Origin: Octopus vulgaris
Taxonomy: Eukaryota
Length of the DNA: 64,000 nucleotides
Direction: 5' to 3'
Assembly (NCBI GenBank): GCA_951406725.2
Contig: OX597820.1
Coordinates: 51,336,001-51,400,000 of the forward strand
This document shows positions 22,792 to 37,574 of the stretch, piece by piece. Position numbers and translations under genes: made by a program. The notes below the pieces were generated by a model. The model was not told the origin of the DNA. It did not search any database and saw nothing but the letters and a program-made list of their open reading frames with translations. Position 1 is the first letter of the stretch. The number at the start of each line of letters is the position of its first letter.

Positions 22792-25490
22792 GTTGCTGTT
22801 GTTGTTGTTGTCGTTGTTGTGGTTGATGTGGTTGTTGTTGTTGTTGTTGTTGTTGTTGTTCTAAGTTCCAATTTCGCCGATGTTGCCTTTGCCATTCATC
22901 CATTCGGGTTCTATTAAAGCAGTACCAGTTACGCACTGGGATCGATGTAATCGACTTAATCGTTTCACCCTAATCTGAGTCCCTGTGCTTCCATTAGAAA
23001 AAAAAATTATTATTGTTAAGGCAGCGAGCTGGCAGAATGCTTAGCGGCATTTTGTCCGTCTCCACGTTCTGTGTTGAAATTACGGCAAGGTCGACTTTGC
23101 CTTTCATCCTTTCGGTGACGATAAATTAAGTACCAGTGAAAGACTAGGGTCGATACAATCGACTAGTCCCCTCCCCAAAAATTCAGGCCTTGTATCTTGA
23201 GCGGAAATGAATAATATTGTCGTTGTTTTTGTTGTTGTCAATACTGTTGTTTTGTCGTGTGTATATTAAAGTTATAATCTTTTGTGGTGACGTGTCCCGA
23301 AGATTTGTTAAGTTTTGTTGAAAAAATATGTGTAGTGCTGTGAATTTCTTTTAAAATTTTGGAAAAGGAACGCTACTTTAGTTTGTATTCCAAAAGAAAA
23401 AAAGAAAATAATTGTATAATAATAATTGTTCTCGTTTAGTTTTTATCTCTAGTTTGTTGCAATTATTCATACAATAATGGATACAAAAAATTCAGCGAAG
23501 CCAAACCAGAATGGTTGTATGAAGCAGTGCTTCTAAAACTGCGGTCACAGCAAAAATAGCAGTAAAAAACAATAATAAAAAAAACAAAAATAACAATCAC
23601 GATAAAAGCAAAGAAACAACGGACGCAATACTAAGGACAACATTTTTAACATGAACACTAATAAAGGCAACAACAGCCGCAAAAGAAGCATGTACAGCAG
23701 TGACAGCTACAGAAATGACAGGGAAACTGAAAGTAATGACAGAAACCCAACTACTGGCAGGAACAAAGAGCAACAGCTAGAGCAACAATAACAGCAGCAG
23801 CGGGAACGACATCGATAGAAATATGTAATTTTTTGCTGCCGGCATTGTAGTGAAGTAAGCCAATTATTTCTCGTTCTTCTAGACCAGGATGTACGTCTGG
23901 CCCAAGTGGTGCAGCTTATTCAACTGCCCACTGGAGTTGAGCTGCGAGTTACTACTATTGAGGGGAGATGAACCACTGTCACTTGCATGATACAGAAAAC
24001 CACTGAAGAGCTTTCTGTCCTACAGGAAAAAGCAAAATAATTTAGAGCATCACTGCCGAAACTAAAGTCCCAAGAACAGCAGAAGGCTGCAGTAGTAACA
24101 GCAGTAACATCTTCAACATTGGCAGCACTGAGTACAGGAAAAAAATACAACAAGCATGGCGAAACCAACAACAATATCAATTACAGTAGCAACAACACAA
24201 ACTACAACAGTAGCTGTACCATAGACGAGGCAGCACCACTAACACCAACAGAGGAAGTAAGGCTAGAAATAGCAACAAAACCACTCACAACAACAGAACC
24301 CCATATCAATAGAACCCCAAACCATTTCAATTTATTTCCATTCATCTTTTCTTTCTACTCCCTCACCCCACACGTCTTTGCAACACAATCTCACACGTTG
24401 AAACAAAACAGAACCCCCACAACCAAACGCGTCGCATCTTAACGACGTGGAAAACTCACCTTCGAGTAGGGTCAACTAAGAAAATCAAGCGAAGAAAGTT
24501 ATAATAAACATTTCAATTTACCTTTCAGCTGTTTGCTAATTAAAGACGTTACCTCTTTTAAAACTGTGCTTTGAATAACAAGATTTCAAGAATCTTTTTT
24601 CTTTGATAGTATTTGCCCCAAATGACAAGAAACACGAAATGAACAAACCCAGCGGGCGCTTCTTTATTTAAGCAACAATCATATAACACAAAATTATTAA
24701 TGCAGAACATGTGTCTAGATATGCGGATAACATGAAACTTACAGAGAAAATTCAAATACGTGTACTTAGAACGAAGAAAAACTAACAGCAACATTAATAA
24801 TTGTTGTTGATATGAAAATCGTCAGCATCGTCGTCGTCGTCGTCGTCACGCTTATCATTATCAAAATCATCATCATCATCATCTTCATCATCATCGTTGT
24901 CGTCGTCGTTGTTGTTCTATTAAGATTATTATTGCAACAAACTGGTGAACTAGCAGAGTCTGTACCGCACAGGACAAAATGCTTAGCGGTAGTTCGCCTA
25001 TCTTTATGTACTGAGTTCAAATTCCGTCGAGGTCTACTTTGCCTTTCATTCTTTCGGGATCGATAAATTAAGTGTCAGTTGCGTACTGAAGTCGATCTAA
25101 TCGACTGGGCTCTTGTCCAAAAATTTTGGGCCTTGCGTCTAGAGTAGAAAAGAATAATTGCTGTTGATATAATCACCATCGTCGTCGTCGTCGTCGCCGT
25201 TGTTATCATTATCATCGTTATCATCATTGTCGTCGTCGTGGTTGTTCTTCTTCTATTAAGGCTGTTATTGGAAGAATAATGAGCTGGCCGAATCGTTGCC
25301 GCAACGGGAAAAATGCGTAGCGACATTTCGTCTATCTCATGCTCTGAGTTCAAATTTCGCCGATGTCGACTTGAGGTGTTAAAATTTCGGGATCGATGAA
25401 ATAAGTGCCAGTTGAACAGTTGGGTCGATGTAATCGACTGGCGCCTTCCCCCGAAGGTGCTGGCCTTGTGTCAAAATTTGAAACCAAAAA
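21230..25490 (+). mobile_element. Cluster of six co-oriented copies of a second ~210-bp tRNA-derived SINE (about 21230-21430, 22548-22760, 22862-23010, 23018-23215, 24940-25155, 25278-25485)
   Basis: Recurrent GAGCTGGCAGAA...GAGTTCAAATT..GTCGACTTTGCCTTTCATCCTTTCGGGGTCGATAAA..AAGTACCAG..GGTCGAT.TAATCGAC, separated by trinucleotide repeats. Confidence 0.8.
21706..22151 (+). mobile_element. Full-length tRNA/CORE-type SINE with internal (TA)n and CR1-like tail
   Basis: A box TGGCTGTGTGG, B box GGTTCAA, CORE-like segment, internal microsatellite, conserved tail then A-rich end. Confidence 0.85.
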
Positions 25491-25794
25491 TAGCCTCAGA
25501 AGATATAATGCATTTAGGAGACAACAAACCTCCTCAGATCTTAAGAATCTTCTGTTTTTTAGCATTCTTACGGTATAGAGGATGGTATATTTCTACAATT
25601 CAACATCACTATCCCATTTCACTATCTTTTGAGCTCTTAGTATTTGTGTTGTACCAAACTAACACTGTACCACAAGAAGAAATGTCAACTACGTCTCCAA
25701 CAATTTCTTCCTTGCTGTGTGTAGGTTCGGATATTTTTATATTTTCTCAATTTCTAGCGTATGGACTCCATTTTCCCTTATCATATAGTAATTC

Positions 25795-26096
<302 letters not shown>

Positions 26097-26640
26097 CATG
26101 ACACCGGAAGAAATTCAGCTTGTTGCAATGTGAAAGTTTTGAGCAAGCGTAACTGAAGAAAAATGTATCTTTTCAAATATTTCCTTCAGATAAAGCTTCT
26201 GGAACAGTTCTGGATATCTCTACCATGCAGGGAGGAAAAAATGTTTTCTAAAGATTAATTTTTGTGTTACTATTCAACCTAAAAATGGCTACCGCTAAAC
26301 AGAAAGATAACCCCTGCTGAAAATTTTCAATTGAAACCAGTAGTAAAGAAAGTAAACAAAATGGTCAATTTAATCACACAGCATGATGTAAATATTTTAC
26401 AAGAAGATGGAAAAAACGAGTTTTGCCAAAAATCACTAATATTGAAGTAGACTTGCATTTCGCTACGAAAAGACAACGACAAAACGTAAACTACAATGTA
26501 CGTTCGTAAACATTTCCTTCGCCTTGCGTCAATAACAACGTCTGTCACACACGCTTTTCCCTATGCGAATGAATGAAATTTAGAACGGGGAAGCAGGAAA
26601 TGTGTTTCGAGCCTTCCATGTACCACAAAATCTATGTCAA

Positions 26641-26763
26641 ACAAACAATCTTTATACATATATATATATATTATCAGGCGGACTAAAGCATTGCATGTTA
26701 CACAAACAATCTTTATATATATATATATATATTATCAATCGGACTAAAGCATTGCATGTTACA
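26641..26763. repeat. 61-bp tandem duplication
   Basis: ACAAACAATCTTTAT(A)..TTATCA..CGGACTAAAGCATTGCATGTTAC occurs twice. Confidence 0.9.
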
Positions 26764-28652
26764 ATTGTGTGACATTAGGAAGAAAGTAAATACCACAAAT
26801 TGTTATCGGACACGAAGTAAAAAGAAGAAATAAAATTCTCCCTGAATCTGAAACTACTTATGATATTTCTTTTCATGTAAATGAGAGTGTTTTTGCAGGC
26901 AGCTTAAAGCAAATGTATGGAGAAAGATAGTGAAATATCTAAACGGAGAAGAAGGTATTAAAAATATAGACTTGGTTCACTGTAACCTGTTCTTGAACCT
27001 GGTGCCAAAATATATGGATGACTAACAACATGTGTATTTCTTAAAATAACAGTAGTTCTTACGATGATCATTATAACATAGTCACTGTAGTAGCACTGAT
27101 ATGCTTCAATCTCAACACCATACTAAACAGGTAGCGTCGACTTTGTTGAATCTAAATTGATAGAGAGATTGGTGGCTACGAGAAATGCGTATAAAATGAG
27201 TATCAGTCGCGTACTAGGACCAACTGCCCCCCGCCAACAATTTCAGGCCTTGTGCTTATTGTAGAAAGATTTACTATTATCAGTATTATAAGAGTGGTTG
27301 TTGTTGTTGTTAGAAGTGGTCATGTTATCGTTGTTATTTGCTTGTTTGCTTTTACTATTTCTTGTTTGACAGAAGAATAACACTGTTGCAAAATACCTGT
27401 TCAAATTTTCCCACTTCCACATAATTTATACCGAAAGTTCGTAATCAAGTAAAGTTATACTCAGCATAGTGGTTGAGAACTATGATAATCAATATACCTC
27501 ACAACTCAAAGGAATAAAAATTCTGAACAAATTGTTCGCATAGATTTTCAAAACCAAAATTTGAACGGTAAATATACCAAACAAAATTATACACATCGAG
27601 GAAAATAATGACTTAAAAAATGGTGGCAAAATTGAAATTAATTTCAAAAGGAAGTAAAAACATTAACAAAATTCTCTCACGTGCAAATACACATACATAC
27701 ACTCATGCACATAAAAATGTTGCCAATGGTAGCTGATGGTAGCACTAGGAGCGGTTTTGCAATTGTTACATATTTATAAATGTTCCAGTTTTTTGGAAAC
27801 GTTGCATCTAAAACAAAAACAAAATAATCCTAATCCATTTATGTTGCACAAGAGAGTATCCATCTACGTGAAAAGTTCGGTTACGAACCGACAGGAATAA
27901 AATTCTACTGATCCCATCAAAATGCCTCAAAATTCAACGTATTCGCAAAATTTCAGAACTGCATGCTATTCGACCGATGTTGTGCTTGCGTTGTTATTTA
28001 TTTTTTTACCATGCCCCATTTGAGGGGCGAATAAATCAGTTGCGAAATTCCTGTTCGAATTTTGCCACTTCCTCATAATATAAAACAGAAGTTTATAATA
28101 ATGTAGCGGGAAATTATGCCTGTGATATAAGATCGTTGGTGAGGTGCATTGTCATGGAAAGTTAAAACCACCCATGTATTTGCCTATATTGTGGGACATC
28201 AGTATATTACACAAAACAAAACTGCATGTAAGCCATGGGAATGGCAGAGTGATTCAACACTGGTTTCTTGTCACTTATTTTAAGGCAATACAGTTATATC
28301 TGAAAGTAAAGTTCATGAAAACTTACATGCTATCATGCGAGATAATTATAAGCTTACTGCTGCACATGACACCGAAATCGACAGGCACATTGTTCCGGCC
28401 ACTTAGTGGCTATTGCCCTGAGAAGGGAGCAATTCTGAGAATGGGGTATATAAAAAGCTAAACTGAGAGATAAGTAAACAGAGATAGACAGTTAGAGAAA
28501 CAGACAGAGAGACAAGCAAAGAGAAAGACAGTCAAACAGAGAGAATTCAGACAGATTGATAGATAAAGATAGATAAAGCAATAGAGAGAAACAGATAGGT
28601 AGTAAGGCAGACAGATCGATAGATAGATAAATAGATAGATAGATAAATAGAT

Positions 28653-28733
<81 letters not shown>

Positions 28734-28934
28734 CATATTAAGAGCAGTCGAGCATTATACGCACTTTCACCCAAACTTTCTTTGGCTAAAAGAGGGTTCT
28801 CTTATGTTTATATGACAAAGCTTTTACCTTTATTGCTCTAGTTTCCTTTCTTATGCTACACAGTAAACCTGGCTGTTCTCCTATACGTGTGTATAAAGAG
28901 AAAAGAGAAAAAATAAAATTTATTATCAAAGCAT

Positions 28935-29230
28935 TTAATATTTTTGCACAAAAATGCATGCCCGTATACGGCCGCCTAAATCGTTGATTTTCTTGTTGCT
29001 AAAACACCCTGCGTACAGCTCAGATAAACTCCCTGCCGACTATCACGTCTTTAAACGCTCCAACACCCTTTTCCAGGTCGCCGATTTCCTATGGGCAAAG
29101 AAGTGCAGGAAGGGATGCATAAATGGCTCCGTGACCAGCTGAATATCGTCTTCGAAATAATAAGCAAATGTAAGGAGACTGTATCGAAAAATGAATCAAT
29201 TTTCAAACACTGCATTTCATTTAGTAAATT
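28935..29230 (+). mobile_element. Mariner transposase C-terminal remnant
   Basis: LKHPAYSSDKLPADYHVFKR resembles the mariner HPPYSPDLAPSDYHLF motif. Confidence 0.65.
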
Positions 29231-30067
29231 ATAGAAACATGAGTGCGTATAATGTTTGGCTTACACTCGTAGATAGATGGACGGACAGGATTGTAGAAAT
29301 ATATACAGAAAGGGAGGTAAAAATAACACCGGTATCGCGGGATAATGTTCTATTGGTATCCACATCATATACATATATTAATCTTCACCCGAGCAGAATG
29401 TAGGAAACACCTACTTTCTGATCAGTACTAAATTACAGCAAAGAATTCCGAACCTCGGCCACATCAATCAGTTTCGCTCCATCGACGAGGAAGTTGTGTA
29501 AAGCAAGTAGTCGGTCACAATATTGCAAAACAACATAATAAAGAAAGTAAAAAGAAACCATCCAGAGAAAAGTGAGTTTCAAAACACGATGAAACCAAAC
29601 GTGAGAAGTCAACAAGCTGGCAGGTTTTCTATACTATAAACATCTGACAAGCATTTGCTGAACGGGAAGAAAACCAATTACAAAGATGCAGCGGGTAAAG
29701 AGATTTGGGTGAGTTCAGTGTACAGAGATAGACGGTTAGGGGAAAACAAAAGCAATACTCTATGGTCAAATTTAGCATACTTTTCCACAGGATAAATGTC
29801 AGCATGTAAATCATCACCTGCACGTTGTCTGTTTATCATAATTAGATTGATTTCTTTAAAATTATATATTTTGTTCATTTTGATTGTTTTATCAGAGTGG
29901 GTGATCCATTATTAGTTTCGTGACATGTTCTTACATTTATTCTATCATGTGAAATCTCCCTTCAATTTTATATAATTAAGTTGCCTCCATCATCAGCCAT
30001 TTGTAACTCAAATATTAGATACATCTTGTCTTATAAGTGAAGAGAATTTAATCTGCAAGTGTAATTT

Positions 30068-30350
30068 TGATTTCAAATTTTAGTAAAAGCCCTACAATTT
30101 CAGAGGAATGGGATAAGTCGTTTACGTCGAGCACCGGTTTTAGCTGGTAGTATTTTACCGATCCCGAAGAGATGAGATGCATAGACATCCCCATGCGAAT
30201 TTGATATCGCGACGTAAAGTGTGTATATCAAATTCTACTACTAGCGGACATATATTAAGGAAATATCCTGAAATTTGGGGAGGGAGTCAGAGCTAGTCGA
30301 TTATGTCCACCCCGGTGCCAAACGTATCTATTTTATCGATTGAAAGGCAA
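30068..30350 (-). mobile_element. Two decayed copies of the ~210-bp SINE
   Basis: Reverse-complement similarity to the 23018-23215 copy. Confidence 0.55.
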
Positions 30351-30664
30351 AATACATCGTACATAACGGCACATAAATAGAAGAAATTAGAAGTCAAGTT
30401 CTGATATTAATGTTATAGTCTAACCTAAACTATATAAATCGATTTATTGAACCTTATGTTACAACGAATGATCTTAAGTATTGCTCAAATATACTTTACT
30501 TTCCAAGGATCTGTCGCATATTCTGTAGTCCACAAACAGGTTAATGAAATGTAGAAAACATATACAACGTGAAATTGATACATAGGTTATTTAAAATAAA
30601 TCACTGTTAAAACAGAAAAGCATGGGAAACTCTCAGAATTCCCTGAAAATAAATTGTTCCGATA

Positions 30665-31980
30665 AACGTGGGCCAGCTGAAGAGTTCATAGACTGACAAG
30701 ATACTCACATAGAATGTGACAAAAGGAGGTTTAGTTATCGATACATTCTATCATTGCAGTCCACACGTCTTCCATCAGTGTTGCATTGCTTGGATTCCAT
30801 TGTTTTAGAAGCTTTAAACCTGCTGGTCCAAAGAGTCATCAACAGCAGATATCACGCCATATCACTGTAATACTGGTTCCAAGTGTTACTTTCATGTTAG
30901 GGAACAGAGGATAGAGAGATGCAGAAAAATCAAGAGAATAGGGAGGTTCAAAACTACAGTCACTCACATTGGCCATTGAAGGCAAGGACTTTTGTGGTGT
31001 CGGCGTGTCCAGTGTCCCTGGGCGTTTGGTGTTGATAGACTTTCTTAACTACCTCAGGAACATGGTATAACACAATTGAGATATAGTCATTCTGAAAAAT
31101 AGACCATAATCAATATCTTCTGCATAAAATAAATAAATTAATTAATAAGCAGAGACCATGAAGGCGAAACAACACTGTCCTAGAAGGCTAAACAACACTG
31201 TCCTTTGAAATAGGGGAGGACAGATTTTCCACTGCATGTGTTTTTCTCTCGCTCAAAGAGACTAAGCCAACGTTCACCCTGGCTTAAGAAACGATCAAAA
31301 CAACCAGCTGTATCTGCATAAAACATTGTCAGATATTGCCATGGTGCACTTTGGAACAGCCGTGAGAAGACGTGACACACACAAACCTACATCATCCGAA
31401 GTTTAGTGTGCAGAATATTCTAGCTCTCTACCGGGATATGCAAAAAAGCAATGGGTAAAGCGCCTGTCAACTATCACGATGTAGTGAAAATGATCAATGT
31501 TCTCCTTTGTGATATCAGTGATATCAGTTCCAGGAATTGCAAAGCTTGAGTCGTTTTAAAGACTCTCCGTTCTCCTCCATAATTCAGCTGCCCACTTTCG
31601 AACAGTTGGTAGAAATAGATTGTTATCTCCTAATGTAACAATTATCTCGGCATATAAGTCTTTTCTGAAAGTACATAATAATACCAGGATGGTATTTTTT
31701 GCCCATTTTAAAGAGAAGTCATTAACAGTTACAGTGACATCTTCTCTGTACTGTCAGATGTCCGTTTATCTGGAAATAAATAATGCAGGTCTCCTTCATA
31801 ACCAGCCAAAGAAGTCTTCATTCCACTCTCACAGACATATACGAATTGTTGAACATTTAATGTATTTAGACGAAATGACTGGTATACTATTTGATTTCCT
31901 GTTCCTCACCAAATTCTTCCACATTCTTATTGGGTATATTATTTTTCAGTCATGTAATATTCGCAACGGTAGCTCACACG
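30665..31980 (-). mobile_element. Near full-length decayed mariner element
   Basis: Minus-strand peptides in order: TLGDNNLFLPTVRKWAAEL (~31570-31640); VSRLLT (WVPxxL-like, ~31360); FDRFLSQGERW (TGDETW-like, ~31270); PPYSLDF..YPLFPNMK (YSPDL-like, ~30890-30950); DFLDQQ..GIQAMQH.WK.CVD (~30760-30850); TIR-like end at ~30665-30695. Confidence 0.75.
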
Positions 31981-32355
31981 CACATACACATTCACACACA
32001 CGCACGCACACATTCACACACATACACACATACACGCAGGCACACGCATGCACACACACGTATACATACATGTATGTCATAAAAGCAATAGAATATATAA
32101 ATGCCTACACAAAAGCATATATGTGTTTATATGCGTGTGTGTGCAAGCGAGTGTGTGTGCAAGTGAGTGTGTGTGTGTATGCGTATACGAGTGTCTAAAT
32201 ATGTAAGTATATACGTAAATATGCTTACATGTATACATGTTTATATGTACACAGACACACATGTTTATCATAAACGTACATATAGTAAAGTGATATATAT
32301 ATTACCTCTAATTGCTAACGGGTACGTGGTGAGATTAATTACGTGTATTTCTGCA

Positions 32356-32835
32356 TAGGGTTGTCCGAAAGCTTTGTGACACCTTATCGAAAAGTTGTAT
32401 GAGCAACAGGAAAACAATATAATAATATCAAACACATTTAGTGGGTTTAGTATATTCACTTTCATTGACACTGACAGTGTCACACATGAAGAAGATCTAT
32501 ATGAATATAATCATTTTCATGGCACAAATTGTTGCGGCGCCATGTCCTGTGTGATATTTTACAAAGCTGTGGTTTGGTGATTGTTGCGAAGGCTGCAGAA
32601 ACGGCTTCCTTCAACCATTGGGTATTCTACTATCGCTCTTGTCAAACACTCTCCTTGATAATACTCCACGGAGCGTTGTCGCAAAATGTGAGGTTTGGAC
32701 TGCTGGTAAGCCTATTGAGAGGTGTTGGAAGTTGTGTTTCTTACCACATCCATATATCCCGAAAATCGTCATTTCATATTTGGTGACATTGATTGGCATA
32801 GTAGGGTAAGGTTCCATCTTGGTGAAACCAACGTG
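32356..32835 (-). mobile_element. IS630-Tc1-mariner transposase 3' fragment with TIR-like end
   Basis: Minus strand FHQDGTLPYYA...SSPNLTFCDNAPWSIIKESV...RRNNLC resembles FQQDGAPPH...RSPDLTPCDFFLWG.IK. Confidence 0.65.
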
Positions 32836-32999
32836 TGTGCAAATATATATATATAAGTACATGTGTGTTTGTCGCTCAAATATTGTTCATGTTGGCGTAA
32901 ATTGCAGCTATCGAAAAATGCATTCATTTGTGTTACGTGGATAGAATCTCGCCTCAGGATTTCCTTAGACAAAGTTTTCAAGTTGAAGATCAAGGCGTT

Positions 33000-33150
33000 G
33001 TTTTATGGAAAGAGGCTTACCTCCCAACCACACGTTTCTGGGATCAGTCCCACTGTGTAAAGCCTTGGGCAAGAGTCTTCTACTATAGCAACCAAAGCCT
33101 TGTGAATGGATTTGGTAGACGGAAACTGAATGAAGCCCGTCGTATACACA
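33000..33150 (+). mobile_element. 5' half of the tRNA/CORE-type SINE
   Basis: Matches 21720-21870 (CCAAAGCCTTGTGAATGGATTTGGTAGACGGAAACTG). Confidence 0.75.
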
Positions 33151-33574
33151 CACACAAATTTACCTTAGCCGCTGTAACACTTGCTAACTACCTGATAAAA
33201 TTATGTATAGATTTTTATCCTCAATTTTTAAATATATTAAAAAATATATATATAATTTCAGCTGAACCAAAATTATTCACTGCTGAATTATTTGGTTATT
33301 CACTCGTGGTCGAAAATAAACGAGCTTGATTTTTGAATTTAAATTTGTGTATAAGTACGAATAATTGTATTTGCGCTGTGAAGCTGTTGTATCTATGGGG
33401 TTTGTATAAATGTTCGTTTTCATGTGCATTGCGTTGTGTTACACTGACGATGCAAAAAATACTGAAAACAAATGAACCTGTTCATGAATGTTTTCGTTTA
33501 TTTGCACGAGCTGCGAGTTTTTATTATGAAATTTATATTTTAAGGTAGATTACACACAATTCGCGTCTTCTTAA

Positions 33575-33815
33575 CAGTCTGGTCAACATATTACGATATT
33601 AACATGCTTGTGATTGTGCTCAGCGCAGGCACGCCTTCACTGAACCGGATATTCAGAGTGACACAGAATGGGAACATGTTGGCCCTTTCAAAATACATTC
33701 TGATGAGTGAGTGGGCAAGAGCAATGTGAAATAAAGCACAACATAACACGCATGCTGCGTATCGAACTCGTCACCATGCGATCGTGAATCGAACACCCTA
33801 ATCAATAAGTAGTAC
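33575..33815 (-). mobile_element. Decayed tRNA/CORE SINE, same family as 59145-59467
   Basis: Shared ATTCAG.GTGACAC..TGGCCCTT..AAATAC..GAGTGG..GAGCAA.GTGAAATAAAG. Confidence 0.6.
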
Positions 33816-33866
33816 GCTTACACACACGCCCGCGTACATGTACAAACACGCTCAGACATACACACA

Positions 33867-33902
<36 letters not shown>

Positions 33903-33945
33903 AATCTGTGTATGTAAATAGAGGGATAGAGTGTGTGTGTGTGAA

Positions 33946-33984
<39 letters not shown>

Positions 33985-35985
33985 TAGAGAGATTAAGCTT
34001 CAAAGTCTACTGTTATTTGTTCTTAATTAATTTATTCTTTATTTCATTTCATTTATTATTGCGTGATTCTGTCACGCTATTCAATTTGTCTCACTATAGA
34101 TCTACCATTTAATTTACTTTTCCTATTGTACCATTTCCTATGCAGCTATACTTCTATCGCATCATCAGTGTACATATATCACTTTTCCTTACACTTCCTT
34201 ACACACTTCTCGTTCTCTGCCATTCTCTCTGTTTTGTCTCTCCCTTTACCTATTTATCTATCAATATAGCACAATATCACACTATCTATGTAAGTCTCTA
34301 TCCCACCACCGCTTCATTTGTCTCTGTTGTTAAACATTCAAATCTAAACTAACAACAAGGCATCTATTGTCTTTTGTGTTATTTTATTATCATGTAATTC
34401 TGTTATATTATTCCCTCACAATACTGTAAATTCACATAAGTGCATCAGCTCTATATACCTCGTCCATATATATACATGTGTGTGTGTGTTTGTGTGTGTA
34501 TGTGTGCACATCTGTAGGTGTGTATGTATGTGTGCGTGTGTGTGTCTTTTGTGGGTGCGTGAGTTTACTGGTACTTGTATGTTTCTATGTGTATCGTTTT
34601 TTGGTATTTTTGTTAATGAATATCAAGGATTTCCCGTTGTTTCTGTTAAATATTTAGTTTTAATTTTATAATATTATTTTCCTTCGTTCTTTTCTTTTGT
34701 ATATTTCCTTTCACACAGTGAGCACGTCGCAGCAGCGATTGATTATCAAATTATTAAGAGCTGCCTTTGTTTAGTCAACCTGAAATTATGGTAGTAGGTC
34801 TTGCACTATCGGAAATCGAAGAATCGTTCGTTTAATTTTTTTTTTGTTTTAGTTTGTTTCAATTTCAAACAAAGAGACAAAAATTCGCGTCTATCGAAGA
34901 AATTATGAAAGTAATTAGTTTTCTAAATCTTATTGAGAACAAATGTAAACAGACTACCATCTCTTTAGTTTCAGGTGGAACAAATTGTGTGCACTTCTAA
35001 ACCAGGCATTGTTTGCTTATAAAATAGAAGCAGACGTATGTACTAAAAAGTGCAATAGCTATTCGACAGATATCTGGATTTAACCTATGGCATAATACTC
35101 ATCGTTATTGTCGATCCTATTTGAAGATATGATCTCCGTGTTCGCTAATTTAGTATGTTCTGCTACTATTATTTAAAAGTATATTATCTTTCTATTTCTG
35201 ATCAAATATTATTATAGATCTGTTCATTTTGCTTCTTTGCCTCGGATAAATCGTTTCAGTAAAAGGTTTTTTTATAGAATATCTAAGCTGTGATATATTG
35301 TGACCTTCTCATGTGCAACGTAGGATTTAAAAGTGGTATCATGTACGGGTTCCCTCGAATCGATGTAGTAATTTTTATTTCTCAGGTACGATTTGCTAAT
35401 AATATGCTAATAATTCTATTCGAATTAATTCGTATGTAATATCTTACTTAATTTTTGCATTATTTCTCTTTTTGTTACGCGAATTTTCATGTTTATCACT
35501 TTCCAAAACCTCTTAATGCATTGCCATTTTACCTCCATGTGGCCAGCATTCCATTAAATAAAAGTGAGGCTTCTATATAAAATATATATTTCGTGATTTA
35601 TTAGTAGAATTATTAATATTAAAATTAAAACAACGCCAGTGAAGTGAGAAAGGAAGAGAAGTGTCATAGGGAAATTGTTTGGCGGAAAAGGATAAATATA
35701 AGATTAAGCAATATACGTGATCACTAAGCTCACAGGAAAGCTCAACGAGAGGATGATCTGAAGGATAATCTCAATTTATTCAAAATTTGATGCGTCACCT
35801 TCATAATAATAATTCAGTGAGTATGGATGTTTGTCACGAAATATAATTTTATGTATTTGTTTCTATCAAATAGCTCAATTATTGCTTCACACACACACAA
35901 ACACACACACACACATACGCACACACACGGGCACACACAAACACACACACAAACACACACAAACACGCACGCACACAAACACACT

Positions 35986-36053
<68 letters not shown>

Positions 36054-37574
36054 GGCATTGTTCCTTAACCGTCCTTTGAATTTTATATAAAAGCGTATCT
36101 CTTATGAATACTGAAATCATATCTAATAACTTTTGTAACACGTTGTATAAAAAGAAAGTACCCTGCTGACAAATAACTAAATGGATATTTAATATGATAC
36201 AAATCATTTTTCACTTGTATTTATAATGCATGATTTCATTGTCCAGAGTAAAGAATCATTCCCTAGACATGTTAAGCAAGGTTTTATTTCAGTTACCTTT
36301 TCAGAAGTCCTGGTAAATTCGATTTATGGTGTAATTTTCTCCACTTATTAAACAGAAACAATATGTCTGAAATATGCCATCAAATACGCAACATTTCATT
36401 TCCTGGTTGCTGTTGAACATATGCGGTTTTTTTTACGTTCGATTAGCTTGTTTGAAATGGTAAGTACCAGAATATTTCATTTTGCTTGTCTTTGTGTGCT
36501 TTTCATGTGAGCATATCTTTAAATAACTTCAGTTTATTACTATTTTAAAATCCTGGAATATCTTTATCTACATAAAATCTCTAAATATATCATTCCTCTC
36601 AATGAATGCATTTTTGTTTAATGTCGGGTAGCCAGGGACAACGTGATAAGTTGTTTGATCCAAACCCTCCCTCATATTGCAGTTATAACTTGCATTATAA
36701 TTCTCTGCCTGAATCTAGGGGGCCTGTACTGCGGAAGTTCTATTGCAAGTACAACAATCAAGAATCTATTATTTCGAAATTTAAACCAGCACCACCATAA
36801 TTAATATTGTAGTGTAATTCCATTTATTTTCACTGAGTTTATTCCTTTAATTTTTCAGCTATTCGCCTAACAGTGTTCTCTTATGGCAGTGTGAAAGCAC
36901 GAAAACTTTTGTAGCCCTATTTTTGAAATTAGTTTCTTTTATTTTGTTTTCATATTTTCATTAAGTCTGTTATTTTCTCTCCTCTCGCAGATGTCACTGA
37001 TTTTAGCTTTTCTCGTGTAATAATTTACGTCTTTGAAACCCAAAAAAGAAAACCGTACATTTTTTTTTCTCTCGTGTTGTTCAATAAATATTTGTAGCTA
37101 TATTCCAGTATTTTTTTACTAGATGTCTCAATATTCCTACAACAGATATTTTATAATCATTTTTTATTTGCATAAGACTTCTACGTATTTCAAGTAATTG
37201 CAATCTTTCTATGTAAGACTTTGAATGTTGTATTCGATATAAAGTAATAATGTTACTTTTTATTCTGTCTACTCTTAATAATTTATTTAGCTTTCTGTTG
37301 AGAACAGTTTTTTAGTGGTTGATTACTACGACATATGAGAATGAGTATCGATGGCCTATATTGTATACTTGCATTTAACATTGTTTTAAGTATTACTCTA
37401 AGGCGTATATATAATTTCACCTTAACCAAAATTATTCACTGTTGAATTATTTGGTTATTCACACGTAGCCGAGATAGACAAAGTATATTTTTCAATTTTA
37501 ATTAGTGTATAAGTATGAACATTTGTATATGCACACCCTAGTTGCCCTTAATATAGTTTTATAATATTTATTCC

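Noticed and set aside
23560-24330. Thr/Ala/Asn-rich mucin-like reading frames
   Set aside because: Interrupted by stops; consistent with decayed (AAC/AGC)n low-complexity DNA
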